A stretch of DNA of 64,000 nucleotides. Origin: Eledone cirrhosa (taxonomy: Eukaryota). Shown here piece after piece: positions 40,101 to 55,500 of this stretch. The notes below the pieces were generated by a model. It did not search any database. It had not been told where the DNA came from and saw only the letters and a list, made by a program, of their open reading frames with translations. Both the position numbers and the translations under genes were made by a program. The DNA lies in assembly GCA_964016885.1 (NCBI GenBank), contig OZ024744.1, forward strand, positions 5,394,001 through 5,458,000, written 5' to 3'. The stretch's first letter is position 1. Each line of letters begins with the position of its first letter.

Positions 40101-43100
40101 TTGTGTAGCCGGTAAAGATACCAACAAACTATTCTGTAGCCTGTAAAGACAGCAACAAACTATTGTGTAGCCGGTAAAGACAACAACAAACCAATGTGTA
40201 GCCGGTAAAGACACCAACAAACTATTGTGTAGCCGGTAAAGACAACAATAAACTATTGTGTAGCCGGTTAAGACAACAACAAACTATTGTGTAGCCGGTA
40301 AAGACACCATCAAACTAATGTGTAGCCGGTAAAGACACCAGCAAACTAATATGTAGCCGGTAAAGACACCAACAAACTATCGTGTAGCCGCTAAAGACAA
40401 CAACAAACTATTGTGTAGCCAGTAAAGACACCAATAAACTGTTGTGTAGCCGGTTAAGACAACAACAAACTATTGTGTAGCCGGTAAAGACACCAACAAA
40501 CTATTGTGTAGCCGTAAAGACACCAGAAGGCTAATATGTAGTCGGTAAAGGCACCAATAAACTATTGTGTAGCCGGTTAAGACAACAACAAACTATTGTG
40601 TAGCCGGTAAAGACACTAACAAACTATTGTGTAGCCGGTAAAGGCCCCAAAAAACTATTGTGTTGCCGGTAAAGACACCAACAAACTATTGTGTAGCCGG
40701 TAAAGACACCAACAAACTAATGTGTAGCCGGCAAAGACACCAACAAACTAATGTGTAGCCGGTAAAGACACCAACAAATTAATGTGTAGCCGGTAAAGAC
40801 ACCAACAAACAATTGTGTAGCCGGTAAAGACAACTACACACTATTGTGGAGCCGGTAAAGACACCAACAAACTATTGTGTAGCCGGTAAAGACAACAACA
40901 AACTATTGTGTAGCCGATAAAGACAACAACAAACTATTGTGTAGCCGGTAAAGACACCAACAAATTAATGTGTAGCCGGTAAAGACACCAACAAACTATT
41001 GTGTAGCCGGTAAAGACAACTACACACTTTTGTGTAGCCGGCAAAGACACCAACAAACTAATGTGTAGCCGGTAAAGACACCAACAAACTATTGTGTAGA
41101 CGGTAAAGATACCAACAAACTATTCTGTAGCCTGTAAAGACACCAACAGACTACTGTGTAGCCGGTAAAGACACCAACAAACTATTGTGTAGCCGGTAAA
41201 GACACCAACAAATTATTGTGTAGCCGGTAAAGACACCAACAAACTATTGTGTAGCCGGAAAAGACACCAACAAATTATTGCGTAGCCGGTTAAGACACCA
41301 ACAAACTATTGTGTAGCCGGTAAAGACACCAACAAACTGTAGCCGGTAAAGACACCAACAAACTGTAGCCGGTAAAGACACCAACAGACTATTGTGTAGC
41401 CGGTAAAGATACCAACAAACTATTGTGTAGCCGGGAAAGACACCACCAAACTATTGTGTAGCCGGTAAAGACAGCAACAAACTATTGTGCAGCCGGTAAA
41501 GATACCAACAAACTATTGTGTAGCCGGTAAATGCACCAACATCTTTAGCCGGTAAAGACAACAACAAAATATTGTGTAGCCGGTAAAGACACAAACAAAC
41601 TGTAGCCGGTAAAGATACCAACAAACTATTCTGTAGCCGGTAAAGACACCAACAAACTATTTCGTAGCCGGTAAAGACACCAACAAACTGTAGCCGGTAA
41701 AGACACCAACAAACTGTAGCCGGTAAAGAAACCAACAAACTGTAGCCGGTAAAGACACAAACAAACTGTAGCCGATAAAAACACCAACAAACTATTGTCT
41801 AGCCGGTACAGACACCAACAAATTATTGTGTAGCCGGTAAAAACACCAATAAACTATTTGGTAGCCTGTAAAGACAGCAACAAACTATTGTGTAGCCGGT
41901 AAAGACACCAACAAACTATTGTGTAGCCGGTACAGACACCAACAAACTATTGTGTAGCCGGTAAAAACACCAACAAACTATTGTGTAGCCGGTAAAGACA
42001 CAAACAAACTATTGTGTAGCCGGTAAAAACACCAATAAACTATTCTGTAGCCTGAAAAGACAGCAACAAACTATTGTGTAGCCGGTAAAGACAACAACAA
42101 ACTATTGTGTAGCCGGTAAAGACACCAACAGACTATTGTGTAGCCGGTAAAGACACCAACAAACTATTGTGTAGCCGGTAAAGACACCAACAAACTATTG
42201 TGTAGTCGGTAAAGACACCAACAAACTATTGTGTAGCCGGAAAAGACACCAACAAATTATTGCGTAGCCGGTAAAGACACCAACAAACTATTGTGTAGCA
42301 GGTAAAGACACCAACAAACTATTGTGTAGCCGGTAAAGACAACAACAAACTATTGTGTAGCCGGTAAAGACACCAACACATTAATGTGTAGCCGGTAAAG
42401 ACACCAACAAACTATTGTGTAGCCGGTAAAGACAACTACACACTATTGTGTAGCCGGCAAAGACACCAACAAACTAATGTGTAGCCGGTAAAGACACCAA
42501 CAAACTATTGTGTATATGGTAAAGATACCAACAAACTATTCTGTAGCCTGTAAAGACAGCAACAGACTACTGTGTAGCCGGTAAAGACACCAACAAACTA
42601 TTGTGTAGCCGGTAAAGACACCAACAAATTATTGTGTAGCCGGTAAAGACACCAACAAACTATTGTGTAGCCGGAAAAGACACCAACAAATTATTGCGTA
42701 GCCGGTAAAGACACCAACGAACTATTGTGTAGCCGGTAAAGACACCAACAAACTGTAGCCGGTAAAGACACCAACAGACTATTGTGTAGCCGGTAAAGAT
42801 ACCAACAAACTATTGTGTAGCCGGGAAAGACACCACCAAACTATTGTGTAGCCGGTAAAGACACCAACAAACTATTGTGCAGCCGGTAAAGATACCAACA
42901 AACTATTGTGTAGCCGGTAAATGCACCAACATCTTTAGCCGGTAAAGACACGAACAAACTATTGTTTAGACGGTAAAGACAACAACAAAATATTGTGTAG
43001 CCGGTAAAGACAAACAAACTGTAGCCGGTAAAGATACCAACAAACTATTCTGTAGACGGTAAAGACACCAACAAACTATTTCGTAGCCGGTAAAGACACC

Positions 43101-43999
43101 AACAAACTGTAGCCGGTAAAGACACCAACAAACTGTAGCCGGTAAAGAAACCAACAAACTGTAGCCGGTAAAGACACAAACAAACTGTAGCCGATAAAAA
43201 CACCAACAAACTATTGTCTAGCCGGTACAGACACCAACAAACTATTGTGTAGCCGGTAAAAACACCAACAAACTATTGTGTAGCCGGTAAAAACACCAAC
43301 AGACTATTGTGTAGCCGGTAAAGACACCAACAAACTTTTGTGTAGCCGGTAAAGACACCAACAGACTATTGTGTAGCCGGTAAAGACACCAACAAACTAT
43401 TGTGTAGCCGGAAAAGACACCAACAAATTATTGCGTAGCCGGTAAAGACACCAACAAACTATTGTGTAGCCGGTAAAGACACCAACAAACTGTAGCCGGT
43501 AAAGACACCAACAGACTATTGTTCTAGCAGGTAAAGATACCAAAAATCTATTGTGTAGCCGGGAAAGACACCACCAAACTATTGTGTAGCCGGTAAAGAC
43601 AACAACAAACTATTGTGCAGCCGGTAAAGATACCAACAAACTATTGTGTAGCCGGTAAATGCACCAACATCTTTAGCCGGTAAAGACACGAACAAACTAT
43701 TGTTTAGACGGTAAAGACAACAAGAAACTATTGTGTAGCAGGTAAAGACACAAACAAACTGTAGCCGGTAAAGATACCAACAATCTATTGTGTAGCCGGT
43801 AAAGATACCAACAAACTATTTTGTAGCCGGTAAAGACACCAACAAACTCTAGCCGGTAAAGACACCAACAAACTGTAGCCGGTAAAGAAACCAACAAACT
43901 GTAGCCGGTAAAGACACAAACAAACTGTAGCCGATAAAAACACCAACAAACTATTGTCTAGCCGGTACAGACACCAACAAACTATTGTGTAGCCGGTAA

Positions 44000-46350
44000 A
44001 AACACCAACAAACTATTGTGTAGCCGGTAAAAACACCAATAAACTATTTGGTAGCCTGTAAAGACAGCAACAAACTATTGTGTAGCCGGTAAAGACAACA
44101 TCAAACTATTGTGTAGCCGGTAAATACACCAACAGACTATTGTGTAGCCGGTAAAGACACCAACAAACTTTTGTGTAGCCGGTAAAGACACCAACAGACT
44201 AGTGTGTAGCCGGTAAAGACACCAACAAACTATTGTGTAGCCGGAAAAGACACCAACAAATTATTGCGTAGCCGGTAAAGACACCAACAAACTATTGTGT
44301 AGCCGGTAAAGACACCAACAAACTATTGTGTAGCCGGTAAAGACACCAACAAACTATTGTGTAACCGGAAAAGACACCAACAAATTATTGCGTAGCCGGT
44401 AAAGACACCAACAAACTATTGTGTAGCCGGTAAAGACACCAACAAACTGTAGCCGGTAAAGACACCAACAAACTGTAGCCGGTAAAGACACCAACAGACT
44501 ATTGTGTAGCCGGTAAAGATACCAAAAATCTATTGTGTAGCCGGGAAAGACACCACCAAACTATAGTGTAGCCGGTAAAGACAGCAACAAACTATTGTGC
44601 AGCCGGTAAAGATACCAACAAACTATTGTGTAGCCGGTAAATGCACCAACATCTTTAGCCGGTAAAGACACGAACAAACTATTGTTTAGACGGTAAAGAC
44701 AACAAGAAACTATTGTGTAGCAGGTAAAGACACAAACAAACTGTAGCCGGTAAAGATACCAACAATCTATTGTGTAGCCGGTAAAGATACCAACAAACTA
44801 TTTTGTAGCCGGTAAAGACACCAACAAACTCTAGCCGGTAAAGACACCAACAAACTGTAGCCGGTAAAGACACAAACAAACTGTAGCCGATAAAAACACC
44901 AACAAACTATTGTGTAGCCGGTACAGACACCAACAAACTATTGTGTAGGCGTTAAAAACACCAACAGACTATTGTGTAGCCGGTAAAGACACAAACAAAC
45001 TATTGTGTAGCCGGTAAAAACACCAATAAACTATTGTGTAGCCGGTAAAGACACCAACAAACTGTAGCCGGTAAAGATAACAACAAACTATTGTGTAGCT
45101 GGGAAACACACCAACAAACTATTGTGTAGCCGGTAAAGACACCAACAAAGTATAGTGTAGCCGGTAAAGACACCAACAAACTATTGTGTAGCCGGTAAAA
45201 ACACCAATAAACTATTGTGTAGCCGGTAAAGACACCAACAAACTGTAGCCGGTAAAGATAGCAACAAACTATTGTGTAGCTGGGAAACACACCAACAAAC
45301 TATTGTGTAGCCGGTAAAGTCACCAACAAAGTATAGTGTAGCCGGTAAAGACACCAACAAACTATTGTGTAGCCGGTAAAGACACCAACAAACTGTAGCA
45401 GGTAAAGACACCAACAAACTATTGTGTAGCCGGTAAAGGCAACAACAAACTAATGTGTAGTCGGTAAAGATACCAACGAACTATTGTGTAGCCGGTAAAG
45501 TCACAAACAAACTATTGTGTAGCCTGTAAAGATACCAACAAACTATTGTGTAGCCGGTAAAGACACCAACAAACTATTGTGTAGCCGGTAAAGACACCAA
45601 CAAACTATTGTGTAGCCTGTAAAGATACCAACAAACTATTGTGTAGCCGGTAAAGACCCCAACAAACTATTGTGTAGCCGGTAAAGATACCAATAAACTA
45701 TTGTGTAGCCGGTAAAGACACCAACAAACTATTGTGTAGCCGGTAAAGACACCAACAAACTATTGTGTAGCCGGTAAAGACACCAATAAATTATTGTGTA
45801 GCCGGTTAAGACAATAACAACTATTGTGTAGCCGGTAAAGACACCAACAAACTATATTGTGTAGCCGGGAAAGACACCAACAAACTAATGTGTAGCCGGT
45901 AAAGACACCAGCAAACTAATATGTAGCCGGTAAAGACACCAACAAACTATTGTGTAGCCGCTAAAGACACCAACAAACTATTGTGTAGCCGGTAAAGACA
46001 CCAATAAACTATTGTGTAGCCGGTTAAGACAACAACAAACTATTGTGTAGCCGGTAAAGACACCAACAAACTATTGTGTAGCCGTAAAGACACCAGCAAA
46101 CTAATATGTAGCAGGTAAAGGCACCAACATACTATTGTGTAGGCGCTAACGACACCAACAAACTATTGCGTAGCCGGTAAAGACACCAATAAAGTATTGT
46201 GTAGCCGGTTAAGACAACAACAAACTATTGTGTAGCCGGTACAGACACCAACATACTATTGTGTAGCCGGTAAAGGCCCCAACAAACTATTGTGTTGCCG
46301 GTAAAGACACCAACAAACTATTATGTAACCGGTAAAGACACCAACAAACT
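44000..46350. repeat. ~2.3-kb block repeated at ~53750-56095 (+9,748) and ~56520-58670 (a further +2,615)
   Basis: ORFs 44679/54427, 45000/54748/57363 and 45181/54929/57544. ACTATTTGGT at 44043/53791/56561. GGCCCC at 46275/56023/58638. Confidence 0.85.
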
Positions 46351-48955
46351 ATTGTGTAGCCGGCAAAGACACCAACAAACTAATGTGTAGCCGGTAAAGA
46401 CACCAACAAACTATTGTGTAGCCAGTAAAGTCAACAACAAACTATTGTGTAGCCGATAAACAACAACAAACTATTATGTATCCGGTAAAGACACCAACAA
46501 ATTAATGTGTAGCCGGTAAAGACACCAACAAACTATTGTGTAGCCGGTAAAGACAACTACACACTATTGTGTAGCCGGCAAAGACACCAACAAACTAATG
46601 TGTAGCCGGTAAAGACACCAACAAACTATTGTGTAGCCGGTAAAGATACCAACAAACTATTCTGTAGCCTGTAAAGACATCAACAAACTATTGTGTAGCC
46701 GGTAAAGACAACAACAAATTATTGTGTAGCCGGTAAAGACACCAACAAAGTATAGTGTAGCCGGTAAAGACACCAACAAACTATTGTGTAGCCGGTAAAG
46801 ATACCAACAAACTATTCTGTAGCCTGTAAAGACAGCAACAAACTATTGTGTAGCCGGTAAAGACAACAACAAACTATTGTGTAGCCGGTAAAGACACCAA
46901 CAGACAATTGTGTAGCCGGTAAAGACACCAACAAACTATTGTGTAGCCGGTAAAGACACCAACAAACTATTGTGTAGCCGGTAAAGACACCAATAAATTA
47001 TTGTGTAGCCGGTTAAGACAATAACAACTATTGTGTAGCCGGTAAAGACACCAACAAACTATATTGTGTAGCCGGGAAAGACACCAACAAACTAATGTGT
47101 AGCCGGTAAAGACACCAGCAAACTAATATGTAGCCGGTAAAGACACCAACAAACTATTGTGTAGCCGCTAAAGACACCAACAAACTATTGTGTAGCCGGT
47201 AAAGACACCAATAAACTATTGTGTAGCCGGTACAGACACCAACATACTATTGTGTAGCCGGTAAAGGCCCCAACAAACTATTGTGTTGCCGGTAAAGACA
47301 CCAACAAACTATTGTGTAGCCGGTAAAGATACCAATAAACTATTGTGTAGCCGGTAAAGACACCAACAAACTATTGTGTAGCCGGTAAAGACACCAACAA
47401 ACTATTGTGTAGCCGGTAAAGACACCAATAAATTATTGTGTAGCCGGTTAAGACAATAACAACTATTGTGTAGCCGGTAAAGACACCAACAAACTATATT
47501 GTGTAGCCGGGAAAGACACCAACAAACTAATGTGTAGCCGGTAAAGACACCAGCAAACTAATATGTAGCCGGTAAAGACACCAACAAACTATTGTGTAGC
47601 CGCTAAAGACACCAACAAACTATTGTGTAGCCGGTAAAGACACCAATAAACTATTGTGTAGCCGGTTAAGACAACAACAAACTATTGTGTAGCCGGTAAA
47701 GACACCAACAAACTATTGTGTAGCCGTAAAGACACCAGCAAACTAATATGTAGCCGGTAAAGGCACCAACATACTATTGTGTAGGCGCTAAAGACACCAA
47801 CAAACTATTGCGTAGCCGGTAAAGACACCAATAAAGTATTGTGTAGCCGGTTAAGACAACAACAAACTATTGTGTAGCCGGTACAGACACCAACATACTA
47901 TTGTGTAGCCGGTAAAGGCCCCAACAAACTATTGTGTTGCCGGTAAAGACACCAACAAACTATTATGTAACCGGTAAAGACACCAACAAACTATTGTGTA
48001 GCCGGCAAAGACACCAACAAACTAATGTGTAGCCGGTAAAGACACCAACAAACTATTGTGTAGCCAGTAAAGTCAACAACAAACTATTGTGTAGCCGATA
48101 AACAACAACAAACTATTATGTATCCGGTAAAGACACCAACAAATTAATGTGTAGCCGGTAAAGACACCAACAAACTATTGTGTAGCCGGTAAAGACAACT
48201 ACACACTATTGTGTAGCCGGCAAAGACACCAACAAACTAATGTGTAGCCGGTAAAGACACCAACAAACTATTGTGTAGCCGGTAAAGATACCAACAAACT
48301 ATTCTGTAGCCTGTAAAGACAGCAACAAACTATTGTGTAGCCGGTAAAGACAACAACAAATTATTGTGTAGCCGGTAAAGACACCAACAAAGTATAGTGT
48401 AGCCGGTAAAGACACCAACAAACTATTGTGTAGCCGGTAAAGATACCAACAAACTATTCTGTAGCCTGTAAAGACAGCAACAAACTATTGTGTAGCCGGT
48501 AAAGACAACAACAAACTATTGTGTAGCCGGTAAAGACACCAACAGACAATTGTGTAGCCGGTAAAGACACCAACAAACTATTGTGTAGCCGGTAAAGACA
48601 CCAACAAACTATTGTGTAGCCGGTAAAGACACCAATAAATTATTGTGTAGCCGGTTAAGACAATAACAACTATTGTGTAGCCGGTAAAGACACCAACAAA
48701 CTATATTGTGTAGCCGGGAAAGACACCAACAAACTAATGTGTAGCCGGTAAAGACACCAGCAAACTAATATGTAGCCGGTAAAGACACCAACAAACTATT
48801 GTGTAGCCGCTAAAGACACCAACAAACTATTGTGTAGCCGGTAAAGACACCAATAAACTATTGTGTAGCCGGTACAGACACCAACATACTATTGTGTAGC
48901 CGGTAAAGGCCCCAACAAACTATTGTGTTGCCGGTAAAGACACCAACAAACTATT
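45660..48955. repeat. Tandem duplication of a 1,642-bp block, followed by a partial third copy at ~48990-49830
   Basis: GATACCAATAAA at 45686/47328. CACCAATAAATT at 45781/47423 and 46988/48630. GCCGTAAAG at 46081/47723/49023. Confidence 0.85.
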
Positions 48956-49829
48956 GTGTAACCGGTAAAGACACCAACAAACTATTGTGTAGCCGGTAAA
49001 GACACCAACAAACTATTGTGTAGCCGTAAAGACACCAGCAAACTAATATGTAGCCGGTAAAGGCACCAACATACTATTGTGTAGGCGCTAAAGACACCAA
49101 CAAACTATTGCGTAGCCGGTAAAGACACCAATAAAGTATTGTGTAGCCGGTTAAGACAACAACAAACTATTGTGTAGCCGGTACAGACACCAACATACTA
49201 TTGTGTAGCCGGTAAAGGCCCCAACAAACTATTGTGTTGCCGGTAAAGACACCAACAAACTATTGTGTAACCGGTAAAGACACCAACAAACTATTGTGTA
49301 GCCGGCAAAGACACCAACAAACTAATGTGTAGCCGGTAAAGACACCAACAAACTATTGTGTAGCCAGTAAAGTCAACAACAAACTATTGTGTAGCCGATA
49401 AACAACAACAAACTATTATGTATCCGGTAAAGACACCAACAAATTAATGTGTAGCCGGTAAAGACACCAACAAACTATTGTGTAGCCGGTAAAAACAACT
49501 ACACACTATTGTGTAGCCGGCAAAGACACTAACAAACTAATGTGTAGCCGGTAAAGACACCAACAAACTATTGTGTAGCCGGTAAAGATACCAACAAACT
49601 ATTCTGTAGCCTGTAAAGACAGCAACAAACTATTGTGTAGCCGGTAAAGGCAACAACAAATTATTGTGTAGCCGGTAAAGACACCAACAAAGTATAGTGT
49701 AGCCGGTAAAGACACCAACAAACTATTGTGTAGCCGGTAAAGATACCAACAAACTATTCTGTAGCCTGTAAAGACAGCAACAAACTATTGTGTAGCCGGT
49801 AAAGACAACAACAAACTATTGTGTAGCCG

Positions 49830-52520
49830 GTAAAGACAACAACAAACCAATGTGTAGCCGGTAAAGACACCAACAAACTATTGTGTAGCCGGTAAAGACA
49901 ACAATAAACTATTGTGTAGCCGGTTAAGACAACAAGAAACTATTGTGTAGCCGGTAAAGACACCAACAAACTATATTGTGTAGCCGGTAAAGACACCATC
50001 AAACTAATGTGTAGCCGGTAAAGACACCAGCAAACTAATATGTAGCCGGTAAAGACACCAACAAACTATCGTGTAGCCGGTAAAGACACCAACAAACTAT
50101 TGTGTAGCCGGTAAAGACACCAACAAACTGTAGCCGGTAAAGACACCAACAAACAATTGTGTAGCCGGTAAAGACAACAATCTATTGTGTAGCCGGTAAA
50201 GACAACAACAAACCAATGTGTAGCCGGTAAAGACACCAACAAACTATTGTGTAGCCGGTAAAGACAACAATAAACTATTGTGTAGCCGGTTAAGACAACA
50301 ACAAACTATTGTGTAGACGGTAAAGACACCAACAAACTATATTGTGTAGCCGGTAAAGACACCATCAAACTAATGTGTAGCCGGTAAAGACACCAGCAAA
50401 GTAATATGTAGCCGGTAAAGACACCAACAAACTATCGTGTAGCCGCTAAAGACAACAACAAACTATTGTGTAGCCAGTAAAGACACCAATAAACTATTGT
50501 GTAGCCGGTTAAGACAACAACAAACTATTGTGTAGCCGGTAAAGACACCAACAAACTATTGTGTAGCCGTAAAGACACCAGCAAGCTAATATGTAGTCGG
50601 TAAAGACACCAATAAACTATTGTGTAGCCGGTTAAGACAACAACAAACTATTGTGTAGCCGGTAAAGACACTAACAAACTATTGTGTAGCCGGTAAAGGC
50701 CCCAACAAACTATTGTGTTGCCGGTAAAGACACCAACAAACTATTGTGTAGCCGGTAAAGACACCAACAAACTATTGTGTAGCCGGCAAAGACACCAACA
50801 AACTAATGTGTAGCCGGTAAAGACACCAACAAATTAATGTGTAGCCGGTAAAGACACCAACAAACAATTGTGTAGCCGGTAAAGACAACTACACACTATT
50901 GTGGAGCCGGTAAAGACACCAACAAACTATTGTGTAGCCGGTAAAGACAACAACAAACTATTGTGTAGCCGATAAAGACAACAACAAACTAATGTGTAGC
51001 CGGTAAAGACACCAACAAATTAATGTGTAGCCGGTAAAGACACAAACAAACTATTGTGTAGCCGGTAAAGACAACTACACACTTTTGTGTAGCCGGCAAA
51101 AACACCAACAAACTAATGTGTAGCCGGTAAAGACACCAACAAACTGTAGCCGCTAAAGACACCAACAAACAATTGTGTAGCCGGTAAAGACAACAATCTA
51201 TTGTGTAGCCGGTAAAGACAACAACAAACCAATGTGTAGCCGGTAAAGACACCAACAAACTATTGTGTAGCCGGTAAAGACAACAATAAACTATTGTGTA
51301 GCCGGTTAAGACAACAACAAACTATTGTGTAGCCGGTAAAGACACCAACAAACTATATTGTGTAGCCGGTAAAGACACCATCAAACTAATGTGTAGCCGG
51401 TAAAGACACCAGCAAACTAATATGTAGCCGGTAAAGACACCAACAAACTATCGTGTAGCCGGTAAAGACACCAACAAACTATTGTGTAGCCGGTAAAGAC
51501 ACCAACAAACTGTAGCCGGTAAAGACACCAACAAACAATTGTGTAGCCGGTAAACACAACAATCTATTGTGTAGCCGGTAAAGACAACAACAAACCAATG
51601 TGTAGCCGGTAAAGACACCAACAAACTATTGTGTAGCCGGTAAAGACAACAATAAACTATTGTGTAGCCGGTTAAGACAACAACAAACTATTGTGTAGCC
51701 GGTAAAGACACCAACAAACTATATTGTGTAGCCGGTAAAGACACCATCAAACTAATGTGTAGCCGGTAAAGACACCAGCAAAGTAATATGTAGCCGGTAA
51801 AGACACCAACAAACTATCGTGTAGCCGCTAAAGACAACAACAAACTATTGTGTAGCCAGTAAAGACACCAATAAACTATTGTGTAGCCGGTTAAGACAAC
51901 AACAAACTATTGTGTAGCCGGTAAAGACACCAACAAACTATTGTGTAGCCGTAAAGACACCAGCAAGCTAATATGTAGTCGGTAAAGACACCAATAAACT
52001 ATTGTGTAGCCGGTTAAGACAACAACAAACTATTGTGTAGCCGGTAAAGACACTAACAAACTATTGTGTAGCCGGTAAAGGCCCCAACAAACTATTGTGT
52101 TGCCGGTAAAGACACCAACAAACTATTGTGTAGCCGGTAAAGACACCAACAAACTATTGTGTAGCCGGCAAAGACACCAACAAACTAATGTGTAGCCGGT
52201 AAAGACACCAACAAATTAATGTGTAGCCGGTAAAGACACCAACAAACAATTGTGTAGCCGGTAAAGACAACTACACACTATTGTGGAGCCGGTAAAGACA
52301 CCAACAAACTATTGTGTAGCCGATAAAGACAACAACAAACTATTGTGTAGCCGATAAAGACAACAACAAACTATTGTGTAGCCGGTAAAGACACCAACAA
52401 ATTAATGTGTAGCCGGTAAAGACACAAACAAACTATTGTGTAGCCGGTAAAGACAACTACACACTTTTGTGTAGCCGGCAAAGACACCAACAAACTAATG
52501 TGTAGCCGGTAAAGACACCA
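49830..52520. repeat. Tandem duplication of a 1,382-bp block
   Basis: AGACACCATC at 49991/51373, GTAATATG at 50401/51783, AAAGACAACTACACACTATTGTGGAG at 50881/52263. Confidence 0.85.
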
Positions 52521-55500
52521 ACAAACTATTGTGTAGACGGTAAAGATACCAACAAACTATTCTGTAGCCTGTAAAGACAGCAACAGACTACTGTGTAGCC
52601 GGTAAAGACACCAACAAACTATTGTGTAGCCGGTAAAGACACCAACAAATTATTGTGTAGCCGGTAAAGACACCAACAAACTATTGTGTAGCCGGAAAAG
52701 ACACCAACAAATTATTGCGTAGCCGGTAAAGACACCAACGAACTATTGTGTAGCCGGTAAAGACACCAACAAACTGTAGCCGGTAAAGACACCAACAGAC
52801 TATTGTGTAGCCGGTAAAGATACCAACAAACTATTGTGTAGCCGGGAAAGACACCACCAAACTATTGTGTAGCCGGTAAAGACAGCAACAAACTATTGTG
52901 CAGCCGGTAAAGATACCAACAAACTATTGTGTAGCCGGTAAATGCACCAACATCTTTAGCCGGTAAAGACACGAACAAACTATTGTTTAGACGGTAAAGA
53001 CAACAAGAAAATATTGTGTAGCCGGTAAAGACACAAACAAACTGTAGCCGGTAAAGATACCAACAAACTATTCTGTAGCCGGTAAAGACACCAACAAACT
53101 ATTTCGTAGCCGGTAAAGACACCAACAAACTGTAGCCGGTAAAGACACCAACAAACTGTAGCCGGTAAAGAAACCAACAAACTGTAGCCGGTAAAGACAC
53201 AAACAAACTGTAGCCGATAAAAACACCAACAAACTATTGTGTAGCCGGTACAGACACCAACAAACTATTGTGTAGCCGGTAAAAACACCAACAAACTATT
53301 GTGTAGCCGGGAAAGACACAAACAAACTATTGTGTAGCCGGTAAAAACTCCAATAAACTATTCTGTAGCCTGAAAAGAGAGCAACAAACTATTGTGTAGC
53401 CGGTAAAGACAACAACAAACTATTGTGTAGCCGGTAAAGAAACCAACAAACTATTGTGTAGTCGGTAAAGACAGCAACAAACTATTGTGTAGCCGGAAAA
53501 GACACCAACAAATTATTGCGTAGCCGGTAAAGACACCAACAAACTATTGTGTAGCCGGTAGAGACACCAACAAACTATTGTGTAGCCGGTAAAGACAACA
53601 ACAAACTATTGTGTAGCCGGTAAAGACACCAACAAATTAATGTGTAGCCGGTAAAGACACCAACAAACTATTGTGTAGCCGGCAAAGACAACTACACACT
53701 ATTGTGGAGCCGGCAAAGACACCAACAAACTAATGTGTAGCCGGTAAAGACACCAACAAACTATTGTGTAGCCGGTAAAAACACCAATAAACTATTTGGT
53801 AGCCTGTAAAGACAGCAACAAACTATTGTGTAGCCGGTAAAGACAACATCAAACTATTGTGTAGCCGGTAAAGACACCAACAGACTATTGTGTAGCCGGT
53901 AAATACACCAACAAACTTTTGTGTAGCCGGTAAAGACACCAACAAACTATTGTGTAGCCGGTAAAGACACCAACAAACTATTGTGTAACCGGAAAAGACA
54001 CCAACAAATTATTGCGTAGCCGGTAAAGACACCAACAAACTATTGTGTAGCCGGTAAAGACACCAACAAACTATTGTGTAGCCGGTAAAGACACCAACAA
54101 ACTATTGTGTAACCGGAAAAGACACCAACAAATTATTGCGTAGCCGGTAAAGACACCAACAAACTATTGTGTAGCCGGTAAAGACACCAACAAACTGTAG
54201 CCGGTAACGTCACCAACAAACTGTAGCCGGTAAAGACACCAACAGTCTATTGTGTAGCCGGTAAAGATACCAAAAATCTATTGTGTAGCCGGGAAAGACA
54301 CCACCATACTATTGTGTAGCCGGTAAAGACAGCAACAAACTATTGTGCAGCCGGTAAAGATACCAACAAACTATTGTGTAGCCGGTAAATGCACCAACAT
54401 CTTTAGCCGGTAAAGACACGAACAAACTATTGTTTAGACGGTAAAGACAACAAGAAACTATTGTGTAGCAGGTAAAGACACAAACAAACTGTAGCCGGTA
54501 AAGATACCAACACTCTATTGTGTAGCCGGTAAAGACACCAACAAACTATTTTGTAGCCGGTAAAGACACCAACAAACTCTAGCCGGTAAAGACACCAACA
54601 AACTGTAGCCGGTAAAGACACAAACAAACTGTAGCCGATAAAAACACCAACAAACTATTGTGTAGCCGGTACAGACACCAACAAACTATTGTGTAGGCGG
54701 TAAAAACACCAACAAACTATTGTGTAGCCGGTAAAGACACAAACAAACTATTGTGTAGCCGGTAAAAACACCAATAAACTATTGTGTAGCCGGTAAAGAC
54801 ACCAACAAACTGTAGCCGGTAAAGATAACAACAAACTATTGTGTAGCTGGGAAACACACCAACAAACTATTGTGTAGCCGGTAAAGACACCAACAAAGTA
54901 TAGTGTAGCCGGTAAAGACACCAATAAACTATTGTGTAGCCGGTAAAAACACCAATAAACTATTGTGTAGCCGGTAAAGACACCAACAAACTGTAGCCGG
55001 TAAAGATACCAACAAACTATTGTGTAGCTGGGAAACACACCAACAAACTATTGTGTAGCCGGTAAAGTCACCAACAAAGTATAGTGTAGCCGGTAAAGAC
55101 ACCAACAAACTATTGTGTAGCCGGTAAAGACACCAACAAACTGTAGCAGGTAAAGACACCAACAAACTATTGTGTAGCCGGTAAAGGCAACAACAAACTA
55201 ATGTGTAGTCGGTAAAGATACCAACGAACTATTGTGTAGCCGGTAAAGTCACAAACAAACTATTGTGTAGCCTGTAAAGATACCAACAAACTATTGTGTA
55301 GCCGGTAAAGACACCAACAAACTATTGTGTAGCCGGTAAAGGCACCAACAAACTATTGTGTAGCCTGTAAAGATACCAACAAACTATTGTGTAGCCGGTA
55401 AAGACACCAACAAACTATTGTGTAGCCGGTAAAGATACCAATAAACTATTGTGTAGCCGGGAAAGACACCAACAAACTATTGTGTAGCCGGTAAAGACAC

